Below are positions 1 through 9,202 of a stretch of DNA of 64,000 nt, piece after piece. The position numbers were made by a program, and so were the translations under genes. How positions within the stretch are numbered: the first letter of the stretch is position 1; each line of letters opens with the position of its first letter. This stretch comes from Bacteroidetes bacterium GWF2_33_16 (GTDB lineage Bacteria; Bacteroidota; Bacteroidia; Bacteroidales; UBA12077). The notes beneath the pieces are model-generated. The model saw only the letters and a list, made by a program, of their open reading frames with translations, did not search any database and was not told the origin of the DNA. Location of the stretch: NCBI GenBank assembly GCA_001768565.1, contig MEOE01000014.1:82267-146266 (forward strand), written 5' to 3'.

Positions 1-50
1 AACGAATTATACAAACAAAAGATGAGCAAGAAAAGAGCTCTCCGGTTGAT

Positions 51-512
51 TTGAGCTTAATGGATCATCTACTCGAAAAGTATAAAAATAAAAAAGGCAA
101 TCTTATTCCCATATTGCAGGGAACTCAAAATATTTATGGTTACCTGCCCGAAAGTGCTTTTTATAAAATCGCAGATGTTACCGGATTAAAATTAAGCGAT
201 ATGTTTGGAGTGGCTACGTTCTACACACAGTTCAGACTTCATCCTGTAGGTAAAAATATTGTAAAAGTTTGTCACGGAACAGCATGCCACGTTCAGAATG
301 CAACTGCTATTTCTGAAGCTATTGAAGATGCGCTCGAAATTAAAGATGGAGAAACTACTCCCGATGGTTTGTTTACTCTCGAATCGGTTGCTTGCCTGGG
401 TTGTTGTTCACTAGCTCCGGTTATGATGATTGGAGATAATACTTACGGAAAGCTTACCGGAAGTAATGCAGTTAAAATCTTAAAAGAAATTAAGATTAAA
501 GAAAGCAACTAA
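51..512 (+). CDS. NuoE/HydC(HndA)-type thioredoxin-like [2Fe-2S] subunit; 5' end uncertain
   Basis: NuoE-family cluster ligand pattern (VCHGTACH ... ACLGCCSLAP) and the LIPILQ..Q..YGYLP N-terminal segment. The frame has no stop from nt 3 to 51, so the true start may lie upstream of the window (TTG at 51, ATG at 60). Confidence 0.8.
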   Translation: MSLMDHLLEKYKNKKGNLIPILQGTQNIYGYLPESAFYKIADVTGLKLSDMFGVATFYTQFRLHPVGKNIVKVCHGTACHVQNATAISEAIEDALEIKDGETTPDGLFTLESVACLGCCSLAPVMMIGDNTYGKLTGSNAVKILKEIKIKESN

Positions 513-553
513 ACTAACCATCTGTTTTAATCTGAATTACAAACTTTACAAAA

Positions 554-2332
554 ATGACAAAAACAAAAGTTCTTATAGGTTTAGCCAGTTGTGGTATTGC
601 TGCTGGTGCCAACAAAGTTTATGATAAATTAAAAGCATTACAGGATGCAGAAAAGATCGATATTGTACTGAAAAGAACAGGCTGTATCGGAATGTGTTTC
701 AGAGAGCCACTTGTTGAGGTAATCGACGAGTCAGGATCATATTTATATGGAGATGTTAACGAAGAAAAGGCTGTTGAGATTTTTGATAAACATTTGAAGC
801 AGAACGAGCCTGTAAAAGAATATATCGTTAGAAGCGACTTATTTTCATCGAAAGATGATCCATTCTGGGATGGCCAAATAAAAATTGCTTTACGTAATTG
901 TGGCGTTATCGATCCCGAAAATATTGATGAATACGAAGAGTTAGGCGGTTATAAGGCCATAAAAAAGATTTTAGGAGAAAAATTGTCAGCTGAGCAGGTT
1001 ATACAAACTGTTCTTGATTCAGGAATTCGTGGTCGGGGAGGAGGCGGATTTCCTACAGGTCTAAAATGGAGGTTTGCATTCAACAATAAAGCCGAATCAA
1101 AATATATTATTTGCAATGCCGACGAAGGCGATCCCGGAGCATTTATGGACAGATCACTGCTCGAAGGTGATCCGCATGCTGTAATCGAAGGCTTAATTAT
1201 TGGAGCATATGCAATTGGTGCAAAAGAAGGTGTAATATATTGCCGTGCCGAGTATCCATTAGCAATTAAACGATTAAATATTGCTTTAGATCAAGCTCGT
1301 AAAAAAGGATACTTGGGTAAAAATATATTGGGATATAAAGATTTCTATTTCGATTTATATGTTAAAGAAGGTGCCGGTGCTTTTGTTTGTGGAGAAGAAA
1401 CAGCGCTTATGGCATCTATCGAAGGTGAACGCGGAATGCCACGCAAACGACCACCTTTCCCGGCTGAATCCGGATTGTGGGCTAAGCCAACAAATATAAA
1501 TAACGTGGAGACTTTTGCCAATATTCCATATATTATATTAAACAATGCAGAATCATTTTCTAAATTCGGAACCGAAAAAAGCAAAGGAACAAAAGTTTTT
1601 GCTTTAACAGGCAAAATAAGTCATGGTGGACTCGTTGAAGTACCTATGGGTATTTCTATTCGTGATATTATTTTTAAGCTGGGTGGAGGAATTATTGGTG
1701 GCAAAAAATTTAAAGCAGTACAGCTTGGTGGCCCATCTGGTGGTTGTATTCCAGAATATATGGCCGACACTATTGTCGATTACGATTCTGTAAATGCTAC
1801 TGGTGCAATTATGGGCTCAGGTGGTATGGTTGTTATGGACGAAACTACTTGTATGGTCGATATGGCTAGATTTTTTCTCGATTTTACATGTAAAGAATCT
1901 TGTGGTAAATGTACTTTCTGTAGGGTTGGAACAAAAAGAATGCTTGAAATACTTACCCGCATTACAAAGGGCGAAGGTAAAGAAGGCGATATTCAAAAAC
2001 TCGAAGACTTAGCGTATCAGATTAAAGAAACATCTCTTTGCGGATTAGGACAAACAGCACCAAATCCTGTTCTTACTACAATTAAATATTTCAGAGACGA
2101 ATACGAAGCTCATATTACAGATAAAAAGTGTCCTGCAAAAAATTGTAAACAGCTTCTTACATATACTGTCGATCCGGAGAAATGCACCGGATGTACTGTT
2201 TGTGCTAAAAACTGTCCATCAAATGCTATTGATGGCGAACGTAAAACAGTACATTTTATCAGACAAGATGCGTGTATAAAATGTGGTGCATGCTTTTCAA
2301 AATGTAAGTTTGATGCCATCTTGGTATCTTAA
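554..2332 (+). CDS. NuoF/HydB(HndC)-type FMN- and NAD(H)-binding FeS subunit with extra N- and C-terminal cluster domains
   Basis: GRGGGGFPTGLKW FMN/NuoF signature; CGKCTFCR 4Fe-4S motif. N-terminal thioredoxin-like segment (SCGIAAG...GCIGMC) and two C-terminal ferredoxin motifs (CTGCTVCAKNCP, CIKCGACFSKC), as in bifurcating HydB-type subunits. Confidence 0.9.
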   Translation: MTKTKVLIGLASCGIAAGANKVYDKLKALQDAEKIDIVLKRTGCIGMCFREPLVEVIDESGSYLYGDVNEEKAVEIFDKHLKQNEPVKEYIVRSDLFSSKDDPFWDGQIKIALRNCGVIDPENIDEYEELGGYKAIKKILGEKLSAEQVIQTVLDSGIRGRGGGGFPTGLKWRFAFNNKAESKYIICNADEGDPGAFMDRSLLEGDPHAVIEGLIIGAYAIGAKEGVIYCRAEYPLAIKRLNIALDQARKKGYLGKNILGYKDFYFDLYVKEGAGAFVCGEETALMASIEGERGMPRKRPPFPAESGLWAKPTNINNVETFANIPYIILNNAESFSKFGTEKSKGTKVFALTGKISHGGLVEVPMGISIRDIIFKLGGGIIGGKKFKAVQLGGPSGGCIPEYMADTIVDYDSVNATGAIMGSGGMVVMDETTCMVDMARFFLDFTCKESCGKCTFCRVGTKRMLEILTRITKGEGKEGDIQKLEDLAYQIKETSLCGLGQTAPNPVLTTIKYFRDEYEAHITDKKCPAKNCKQLLTYTVDPEKCTGCTVCAKNCPSNAIDGERKTVHFIRQDACIKCGACFSKCKFDAILVS

Positions 2333-2389
2333 TGCAGTTTTTAAATTAAAATGTTGTAGAATACTGATTTTGTAACAAACCAAACAAAA

Positions 2390-5300
2390 ATGAAAATGAG
2401 TAACCAATTAAATATAATACTTAACGGAAAAAATGTTAAGGGAAATACTGGAGAAACAATATTACAGCTTGCCAATAGAAATGGTATTGATATTCCTACT
2501 TTATGTAACGACCAACGGTTAAAACCGTTTTCGTCGTGCTACGTTTGTGTTGTTCAGATTGATGGAGTAAAAAACTTGCAACCATCCTGTTCAACAATAA
2601 TTCAGGAAGGAATGAAAATAGAAACAGAAAATGCAAAGGTAAAAAAAGCCAGAAAAACAGCCCTGGATTTATTATTGAGTAATCACTATGCCGACTGCGA
2701 AGCTCCTTGCAAACAAAGATGTCCTGCAGGTGTTGATGTTCAGGGTTATATTTCGCTAATAGAAAAAGGATTATATAGTGAAGCTATTGGATTAATTAAG
2801 CAAACCAATCCGTTGCCAGCAATTTGCGGTCGCGTATGCGTTCGCCCATGTGAAGTAGCTTGTAGACGAAATAATTTAGACGAAGGCACTGCTGTTGGTA
2901 TTGATTATTTAAAGCGTTTTGCTGCTGATAAGGATTTATTATCTAAAACCAGATATATACCCGAGATTGCTCCATCAACAGGAAAAAAAGTTGCTATAAT
3001 TGGAGCGGGCCCAGGAGGATTGTCAACAGCTTATTTCATGCAACAAAAAGGCCATCAGTGTGATATTTTCGAAGCCAACTCAAATCCTGGTGGTTGGTTG
3101 CGATACGGTATTCCAGAATATCGATTGCCAAATGATATACTTGACAAAGAAGTTAGGGCAGTTACTGAATTAGGCGTTACTATTTTTTATAATAAAAAAC
3201 TTGGCGAAAACTTAAGTTTTAAAGAACTTAATAGTAACTATAATGCAGTAGTTTTAACAATTGGATCACAACGTGGAACAACAATTGGTTGCGAAGGAGA
3301 TGATGCCGAAAATGTATTTTCAGGTATAGATTTTTTACGTAACATGGAAGTTACAGGCCAGAAATATGATTTTAAAGGAAAAACAATTGCAGTAGTTGGT
3401 GGTGGTAATACTGCTATGGATTGCTGTCGTACTTCAATCCGTTGTGGTGCTGAGAAAGTTTATGTAATTTATCGTCGTACTGAAAAAGAAATGCCTGCAA
3501 ATCCGATTGAAATTCACGAATCGAAAATTGAAGGTGTAGAATATCTGTTTCTAACAAATCCTACTAGAGTAAATAAAGATAAAGATGGTAAAATCAAATC
3601 AATGACCTGCATAAAAATGGCGTTGGGTGAACCAGATGCATCAGGTCGTCGACGTCCTGTGCCTATTGAAGGTTCCGAATTTGATATTGAACTTGATTTT
3701 GCACTTGCTGCAATTGGACAAAAAACTGAAGTTACATTTTTAGATGATATAAATAAATTTGCAAAAGATGGCCAATTGGAAGTTAATCGCTGGGGAGATA
3801 TTACAGCAGATAAAGCAACCTTACAAACTGGTATAAAATCAGTTTTTGCAGCAGGTGATGGTGTTACTGGTCCTGCTACAATTATTGAGGCTGTAGCACA
3901 GGCAAAAATTGCCAGCAGAAGCTGTCATCAATTTTTAATGGGAGAAGAACTAAAACCCGAACCCAAAGAATTTGTTAGCCGAAAAGACAACTTTAAAGAA
4001 TTGACCAAATCCGATTTTCTGGGTCGTTATCAAAAGCAGATTCGTGAAGAGATGCCTGTTTTGAAAGCTGAAAGCAGAATGAATTTTAATGAGGTAGAAC
4101 TAGGTTATACAAATGAAAAAGTAGCAAAGCACGAAACAGAAAGATGCCTGGAGTGCGGTTGTAATGAGTTCTTTACTTGCGATCTTAAAAAATTTGCTAC
4201 TGAGTACGATGCTGATCAAAAACACTACGATGGAGATTTCAATAACTATAATATTGATTTTAGTCACCCTTATATAGAGATCGATAATAACAAATGTATA
4301 TTATGCGCTCGTTGTGTTCGAATTTGCAAAGAGGTGGTGGGAGCTAATGCTCTTGGTCTAGTGAACCGTGGATTTAAGACCTATGTTGCTCCAAGTATGG
4401 GATTGTCGCTTACCGAAACTAATTGTGAATCTTGTGGATTGTGTATTTCAACCTGTCCAACTGGAGCAATTACAGAGAACTTTACATTTAAACCCGGACC
4501 TGTAAAATTAAATACTGTTAATACTTTATGTAAGTATTGCTCTGTTGGGTGCGAAGTTGAATATCATTACAGAGGTGATTTTGTTTGGAAAGTTACCGGC
4601 AAAAATGGATTAGTAAATAAAGACGGGAATATTTGCAGATATCCAAAATTCGGATACCAAATAATGCATGATACAAAACGGATAACTCAACCATTATTCC
4701 GAGTTGATGATAATTATGAAGTTATTACCTGGCAAAAAGCATTTGATATTATTGTAGATGAGATAAAAGGCTCAGATCCAAACGAAATAGGATTTTTTGC
4801 AGGTGCACGTTTGAGTAACGAAGAATTGTATCTTATTCAAAAACTTGCTCGTGTTGGAGCTAAGAGCAATAATATTTCAAGTTTCCATTATGTTGGGCAG
4901 GGAAGTGGTTATGCTACTAACTCGGTTGCTAATGTTCCTTTTGATCAGATTAAGCAGGCAAGTCGTATTTATTTACTTGGTTCAGAAGTTAATCGTGATA
5001 ATGCGGTGGTTGGTTTTATGATTAATAATGCCCGAGAAATTAATAAAATACCAGTTGAATTAATTACTAACCTTAATAATAGTAAATTATCTCATAAGGT
5101 TGATAAACAACTAAATATAAAATCATATTACCATTTTGTTAAGGCAGTGAATTTTTATCTGCTTAAAAAAGGTCTGCAAAATGCACTATTTTTAAAAGAT
5201 CAATGCGAAGGATTTAATGAGTACAAGAAAAGCTTGCTAAATGAGAATTTTGATTTATTGGTTACGGAATCGGGTGTTGCTTCCAAAGAGTACCTTGAAG

Positions 5301-6127
5301 AATTTGCAGAAAAATATAATAATGAATTAAATGCCATTATTGTATTCTCCGAAAAAGAAGTTTCATCAAATACAAGTATTGAGCTATTTAACCTGGCAAT
5401 TATAACTGGTAAGCTAGGTAAAACTGCTAATGGCCTTATCTCTCTAAAAGAAAAAAATAATTCTCAAGGATTATTCGATATGGGAATATCATCTAAAAAT
5501 GGTATTGGTTATATTGATCTTGAGAATCCAAGGCTCCTGGCAAAACTAAAGGATACCTGGGGTATTAACAGTTTTCCTGAAAAAAGTGATAAATGCATGA
5601 AAGAGCTTCTGAACGATGCGAGCATTAAAAGTTTCTTTATTTTTGGCGAAGATCCTGTTGGTTGCGCTATTGATAAAGAAAAAGTGCAAAAATGGTTTGC
5701 CGAATCGGAGTTTGTTATGGTGCAGGATTACTTTATGACTGAAACAGCAAAAATTGCAAATCTCATTTTGCCTGCTGTATTCCCTCTTGAAACAACCGGA
5801 AGTTTTACCAATACACAAAAAATGATTCAGGAGTTCGTGAAACAAACTACTATTCCTGTCGAAAAGGAAAACTACGAACAATTAATAGCTCTACTTAATA
5901 ATTTTACAGATAAGAATCACAAAACTATTGATGATGTTCGTAAAGAAATATATAAACTTCTGCCCGAACAAAAAGAGAAATTGAAATATTCACTTGTTTA
6001 TACGCAAAAAGAAAACCTGAATAAATCGTTTAAGTATGGTTGCGATTTTGTAGTGAAATATTTTGATGAGAATTTCGAGAAATCGTTGGTTAAGAAAAAT
6101 GAGAAAATAGTTTCCGAGAAAAAATAA
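2390..6127 (+). CDS. 1245-aa fusion: plant-type 2Fe-2S domain + GltD/NfnB-like NADPH-FAD module + NuoG-like 4Fe-4S domains + cysteine-less molybdopterin-oxidoreductase-like domain
   Basis: N-terminal C..SCYVC..C ferredoxin fold. GltD-like CKQRCPAG...ICGRVCVRPCEVAC, then the IIGAGPGGL and VVGGGNTAMDC dinucleotide folds. NuoG-type CILCARCVRIC and CESCGLCISTCP; MopB-type CKYCSVGCEV. Where formate dehydrogenases have CxRxC/U-H, this protein reads NNISSFHYVGQG. Confidence 0.85.
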   Translation: MKMSNQLNIILNGKNVKGNTGETILQLANRNGIDIPTLCNDQRLKPFSSCYVCVVQIDGVKNLQPSCSTIIQEGMKIETENAKVKKARKTALDLLLSNHYADCEAPCKQRCPAGVDVQGYISLIEKGLYSEAIGLIKQTNPLPAICGRVCVRPCEVACRRNNLDEGTAVGIDYLKRFAADKDLLSKTRYIPEIAPSTGKKVAIIGAGPGGLSTAYFMQQKGHQCDIFEANSNPGGWLRYGIPEYRLPNDILDKEVRAVTELGVTIFYNKKLGENLSFKELNSNYNAVVLTIGSQRGTTIGCEGDDAENVFSGIDFLRNMEVTGQKYDFKGKTIAVVGGGNTAMDCCRTSIRCGAEKVYVIYRRTEKEMPANPIEIHESKIEGVEYLFLTNPTRVNKDKDGKIKSMTCIKMALGEPDASGRRRPVPIEGSEFDIELDFALAAIGQKTEVTFLDDINKFAKDGQLEVNRWGDITADKATLQTGIKSVFAAGDGVTGPATIIEAVAQAKIASRSCHQFLMGEELKPEPKEFVSRKDNFKELTKSDFLGRYQKQIREEMPVLKAESRMNFNEVELGYTNEKVAKHETERCLECGCNEFFTCDLKKFATEYDADQKHYDGDFNNYNIDFSHPYIEIDNNKCILCARCVRICKEVVGANALGLVNRGFKTYVAPSMGLSLTETNCESCGLCISTCPTGAITENFTFKPGPVKLNTVNTLCKYCSVGCEVEYHYRGDFVWKVTGKNGLVNKDGNICRYPKFGYQIMHDTKRITQPLFRVDDNYEVITWQKAFDIIVDEIKGSDPNEIGFFAGARLSNEELYLIQKLARVGAKSNNISSFHYVGQGSGYATNSVANVPFDQIKQASRIYLLGSEVNRDNAVVGFMINNAREINKIPVELITNLNNSKLSHKVDKQLNIKSYYHFVKAVNFYLLKKGLQNALFLKDQCEGFNEYKKSLLNENFDLLVTESGVASKEYLEEFAEKYNNELNAIIVFSEKEVSSNTSIELFNLAIITGKLGKTANGLISLKEKNNSQGLFDMGISSKNGIGYIDLENPRLLAKLKDTWGINSFPEKSDKCMKELLNDASIKSFFIFGEDPVGCAIDKEKVQKWFAESEFVMVQDYFMTETAKIANLILPAVFPLETTGSFTNTQKMIQEFVKQTTIPVEKENYEQLIALLNNFTDKNHKTIDDVRKEIYKLLPEQKEKLKYSLVYTQKENLNKSFKYGCDFVVKYFDENFEKSLVKKNEKIVSEKK

Positions 6128-6138
6128 AACCTAAGAAT

Positions 6139-6594
6139 ATGAGCGAATTTAAATCTATTAATGATATTCTTGATTTTGCAATGAATGCAGAACAGGAAGC
6201 AGTTGATTTTTACAATCAACTTTCGGAAAATGCCAAAACAAAAGATATGAAGGCAGTATTTACCCAGTTTGCACAAGAAGAGATCGGACACAAAACCCGA
6301 TTATTAAAAATCAAAAATGAAGGTATATATAAACTCGAAAAAGAAGAAATAGCAGATCTTAAAATAGCAGATTATGTTGTGAGTGCAAAGCCAACTCCAG
6401 AGATGAGCTATCAGGAAGCACTTGTTTTAGCAATGAAAAAAGAAAAAGCGGCATTCAAATTATACCTCGAACTCTCTAATAGAGCTAAAAATACTGATAT
6501 GAAAAATGTTTTTCTTTCTTTGGCTCAGGAAGAATCAAAGCATAAGCTAAGATTCGAGCTTGAATACGATGAGCATGTTTTACGTGAAAACTAA
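6139..6594 (+). CDS. Ferritin-like diiron-carboxylate protein (rubrerythrin-family four-helix bundle without rubredoxin domain)
   Basis: Two internal repeats each carrying E...EExxH (AEQEA...QEEIGH; KKEKA...QEESKH). Starts 11 nt after the preceding gene. Confidence 0.7.
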   Translation: MSEFKSINDILDFAMNAEQEAVDFYNQLSENAKTKDMKAVFTQFAQEEIGHKTRLLKIKNEGIYKLEKEEIADLKIADYVVSAKPTPEMSYQEALVLAMKKEKAAFKLYLELSNRAKNTDMKNVFLSLAQEESKHKLRFELEYDEHVLREN

Positions 6595-6612
6595 TATTCT
6601 TTAAATTGATAT

Positions 6613-6647
6613 AAGCATGAAAGAAATCCTTTCGTGCTTATTTTTTT
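6613..6647 (+). terminator. Rho-independent terminator after the ferritin-like gene
   Basis: aagcatgaaag / ctttcgtgctt stem (one G-U pair), 5-nt loop, followed by a T7 run. Confidence 0.7.
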
Positions 6648-6744
6648 ATTACTACCAGATAAGTTATTTTTGTGATTCTATTTTTGAATTAAGTTATATA
6701 TTTATTCAAGAATTTTAACGTTATATAAAATACAAATTAGCAAA

Positions 6745-8745
6745 GTGAAAAATCTCTTTTTATTTTTAAGTGTAAGTTTTTTGTCTATAAGTTTTTTGTT
6801 TGCTCAACCTGATACCTTGAAAATTGAAAAATCAAATGATAAGGTTATTATTGGCGGTCAGGTGTACTATGTTCATATAGTTAAACAAGGCGAAACGCTT
6901 TATTCTATTAGTAATGCTTATGGCGTTTCTCAAAAAGAGATTGCTAAAGAAAATCCGGAAATATTTCTTGGCTTAATTATTGGCCAAGCCTTAAAAATTC
7001 CATTGGTTAAACCTGAGAACGAAAATGACGAACAGGTAGAAAACGATAATTTTATTTATCACAAGGTTAAGAAAGGACATACATTGTATTCCCTATCAAG
7101 AAAGTACAATGTGTCTCAAGAGGAAATAATTAGACATAACCCAACAGTTCGTTATGGAATCAATATTGATCAGATAATAAAAATTCCAAAAACAAATTAT
7201 CAAAACGAAGAAGTATCTATACCCAAAACACAAACTTTAACTGACACAATTAAGATTAGTGATCAGTATTTGTATCATGAGGTAAAAAGTAAAGAAACTA
7301 TCTATTCATTAGTTAGGGTATACCATATTTCTGAAGAGCTTCTATATGATCTTAATCCATTTTTGTCAGATGGTTTAAAAGTTGGACAGATTTTAAAAAT
7401 TCCTAAAGTTCATGGTGCTGAAGATGGTTTCGTTTTTGAAGATATTACTGCTCAAGTAAAAGATACAGTTGTTTATGAACGTAGAAATCAACTTGCTTAT
7501 TCCGATTCTATTGTTTTTTCGCAATGTGATTCGTTGAGGCGAAAACAAGTTAATCCTTTTAATGTAGCTGTGCTTTTACCATTATATATAGAACATAGCG
7601 AACAAGAGTTTTATATTGATTCTTCAAAAGTAAATGAATTTGGAAAAAAGATTTATGAAACTATTTACCGTGCACCAAATTATATTTACCCTAGAGCAAT
7701 AAACTATGTAGAATTTTATGAAGGTATATTGTTAGCCGTAGATTCTCTCAAAAAGCAAGGGTTTTCAGTAAATCTTCATGTGTTTGATACAGATGGCGAT
7801 ACAAATAAAGTAAATGAAATCCTTCGTCAGCCAAAGATGAAGAATCTTGACCTAATAATTGGACCGGTATATTCTAATGAGGTCGAAATTGTTTCAAATT
7901 TCTCTCTTAAACATAGAATAAAAATGGTATCACCTTTTTCAGATAATATGTTATTGCTCGAAAAAAATCCATTTTTATTTCAGGTAAGTCCTAGCTTTTC
8001 TTCACAGTTTGATAAATTAGCACAATTTTCATCTGATTATAAAAATAAAAATATTGTTTTATTGCATAATATTGATTCAGGCCAATACGAGAGTATCAGT
8101 TTATTAAAAGAGAAACTTTTTAATTATTATTCGCTCGACACTTCTATACGAGATCTTCAGTTCAAAGAAGTTCACTTTAGCGATAGTATTCATGTAATTG
8201 AACATGCCCTTACAAAGAATAATGAGAACATTATTATTGTTCCATCGAATGACCAGGCTTTTGTTTCGCTTGTAATATCAAACTTAAATTCACTTGTTTC
8301 TAAGGGGTATTCTATAAAAACATTTGGAATGTCTCGATGGTACCGTTTTGATAATGTTGATCCCGAGTATTTCTATAACCTTGCTACTCATTTGGTTGTT
8401 CCCTTTTATATCGATTATAAAGATCAAAAGGTTAAAGATTTTATATTAAAATATAGGTATCTGTTTAAATCAGAGCCAGATCAGTATGTTATGCATGGAT
8501 TCGATGTAAGTATGTATTTTCTTACTGCATTGCAAAAATATGGTAACGATTTTCAAAATTGTATTTATCATCATAAGGTTGATTTACTTCAATCAGATAT
8601 GCATTTTGTTAAATGGTATGAATATTCTGGATTTGAGAATATAGGTGCATCTCTAATAAGATATGATAGCAATTATAGTATTACTATTGTAAGTGATGAT
8701 AAAAAAAGCGAACCCGAAAAGTCGCAAGTGTTTCTTAATAAATAA
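6745..8745 (+). CDS. Secreted protein with three LysM repeats fused to a type-1 periplasmic-binding-protein-like domain
   Basis: GTG start and signal peptide. Three LysM units (YVHIVKQGETLYSISNAYGV, YHKVKKGHTLYSLSRKYNV, YHEVKSKETIYSLVRVYHI), then a ~400-aa PBP-like region. Confidence 0.75.
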   Translation: MKNLFLFLSVSFLSISFLFAQPDTLKIEKSNDKVIIGGQVYYVHIVKQGETLYSISNAYGVSQKEIAKENPEIFLGLIIGQALKIPLVKPENENDEQVENDNFIYHKVKKGHTLYSLSRKYNVSQEEIIRHNPTVRYGINIDQIIKIPKTNYQNEEVSIPKTQTLTDTIKISDQYLYHEVKSKETIYSLVRVYHISEELLYDLNPFLSDGLKVGQILKIPKVHGAEDGFVFEDITAQVKDTVVYERRNQLAYSDSIVFSQCDSLRRKQVNPFNVAVLLPLYIEHSEQEFYIDSSKVNEFGKKIYETIYRAPNYIYPRAINYVEFYEGILLAVDSLKKQGFSVNLHVFDTDGDTNKVNEILRQPKMKNLDLIIGPVYSNEVEIVSNFSLKHRIKMVSPFSDNMLLLEKNPFLFQVSPSFSSQFDKLAQFSSDYKNKNIVLLHNIDSGQYESISLLKEKLFNYYSLDTSIRDLQFKEVHFSDSIHVIEHALTKNNENIIIVPSNDQAFVSLVISNLNSLVSKGYSIKTFGMSRWYRFDNVDPEYFYNLATHLVVPFYIDYKDQKVKDFILKYRYLFKSEPDQYVMHGFDVSMYFLTALQKYGNDFQNCIYHHKVDLLQSDMHFVKWYEYSGFENIGASLIRYDSNYSITIVSDDKKSEPEKSQVFLNK

Positions 8746-8868
8746 TTTGGATATTTTTTGTATTCATTTTTGCTTTTTATTAAATTACTATTGTTTTTTA
8801 AATTAAATACCAATATCTTTCTTTTTGAATTAAGAAAGAATTAATTACTATTTTAATCCATAGAGCAT

Positions 8869-9153
8869 ATGGCAAGTTGCAAAGAATTAAAAAAAGACAT
8901 CAACTTTTTGGCTCAGCAGATAATGACTGAATGTTTTTCGTATTTGGAATATTCACCTGTTAATAACCAGGAAAATGTACTGGAAATATTACACGAAACA
9001 GAAGAGTTACGTCGTGAATTAATATACAGGGCTAATCATTTGCCCAAAGGAACAAAACTGGAAAAAAAGAATTACTATAAAGAAATTAGCGAAGATTTGG
9101 TTAAACGTAATATTGAACTGCTCGATCGACTAAACAGTTTATCCGATTTTTAA
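8869..9153 (+). CDS. Small helical hypothetical protein (94 aa)
   Basis: ATG-initiated ORF followed directly by a strong hairpin; no recognisable motif. Confidence 0.5.
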   Translation: MASCKELKKDINFLAQQIMTECFSYLEYSPVNNQENVLEILHETEELRRELIYRANHLPKGTKLEKKNYYKEISEDLVKRNIELLDRLNSLSDF

Positions 9154-9158
9154 ATAAT

Positions 9159-9196
9159 AAAACAAAGAAGCCGGATTAACCCGGCTTCTTTGTTTT
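9159..9196. terminator. Bidirectional terminator hairpin between convergent genes
   Basis: Perfect 16-bp stem aaaacaaagaagccgg / ccggcttctttgtttt with 6-nt loop, located between 8869..9153 (+) and 9203..11782 (-). Confidence 0.8.
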
Positions 9197-9202
9197 ATTT
9201 AT

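Noticed and set aside
2390-6127. Annotation as formate dehydrogenase alpha subunit or as a selenoprotein.
   Set aside because: The MopB-like domain lacks the Cys/Sec-His active-site motif at the expected position. There is no in-frame TGA, and the C-terminal cap domain appears absent. It resembles the cofactor-less NuoG-type domain instead.
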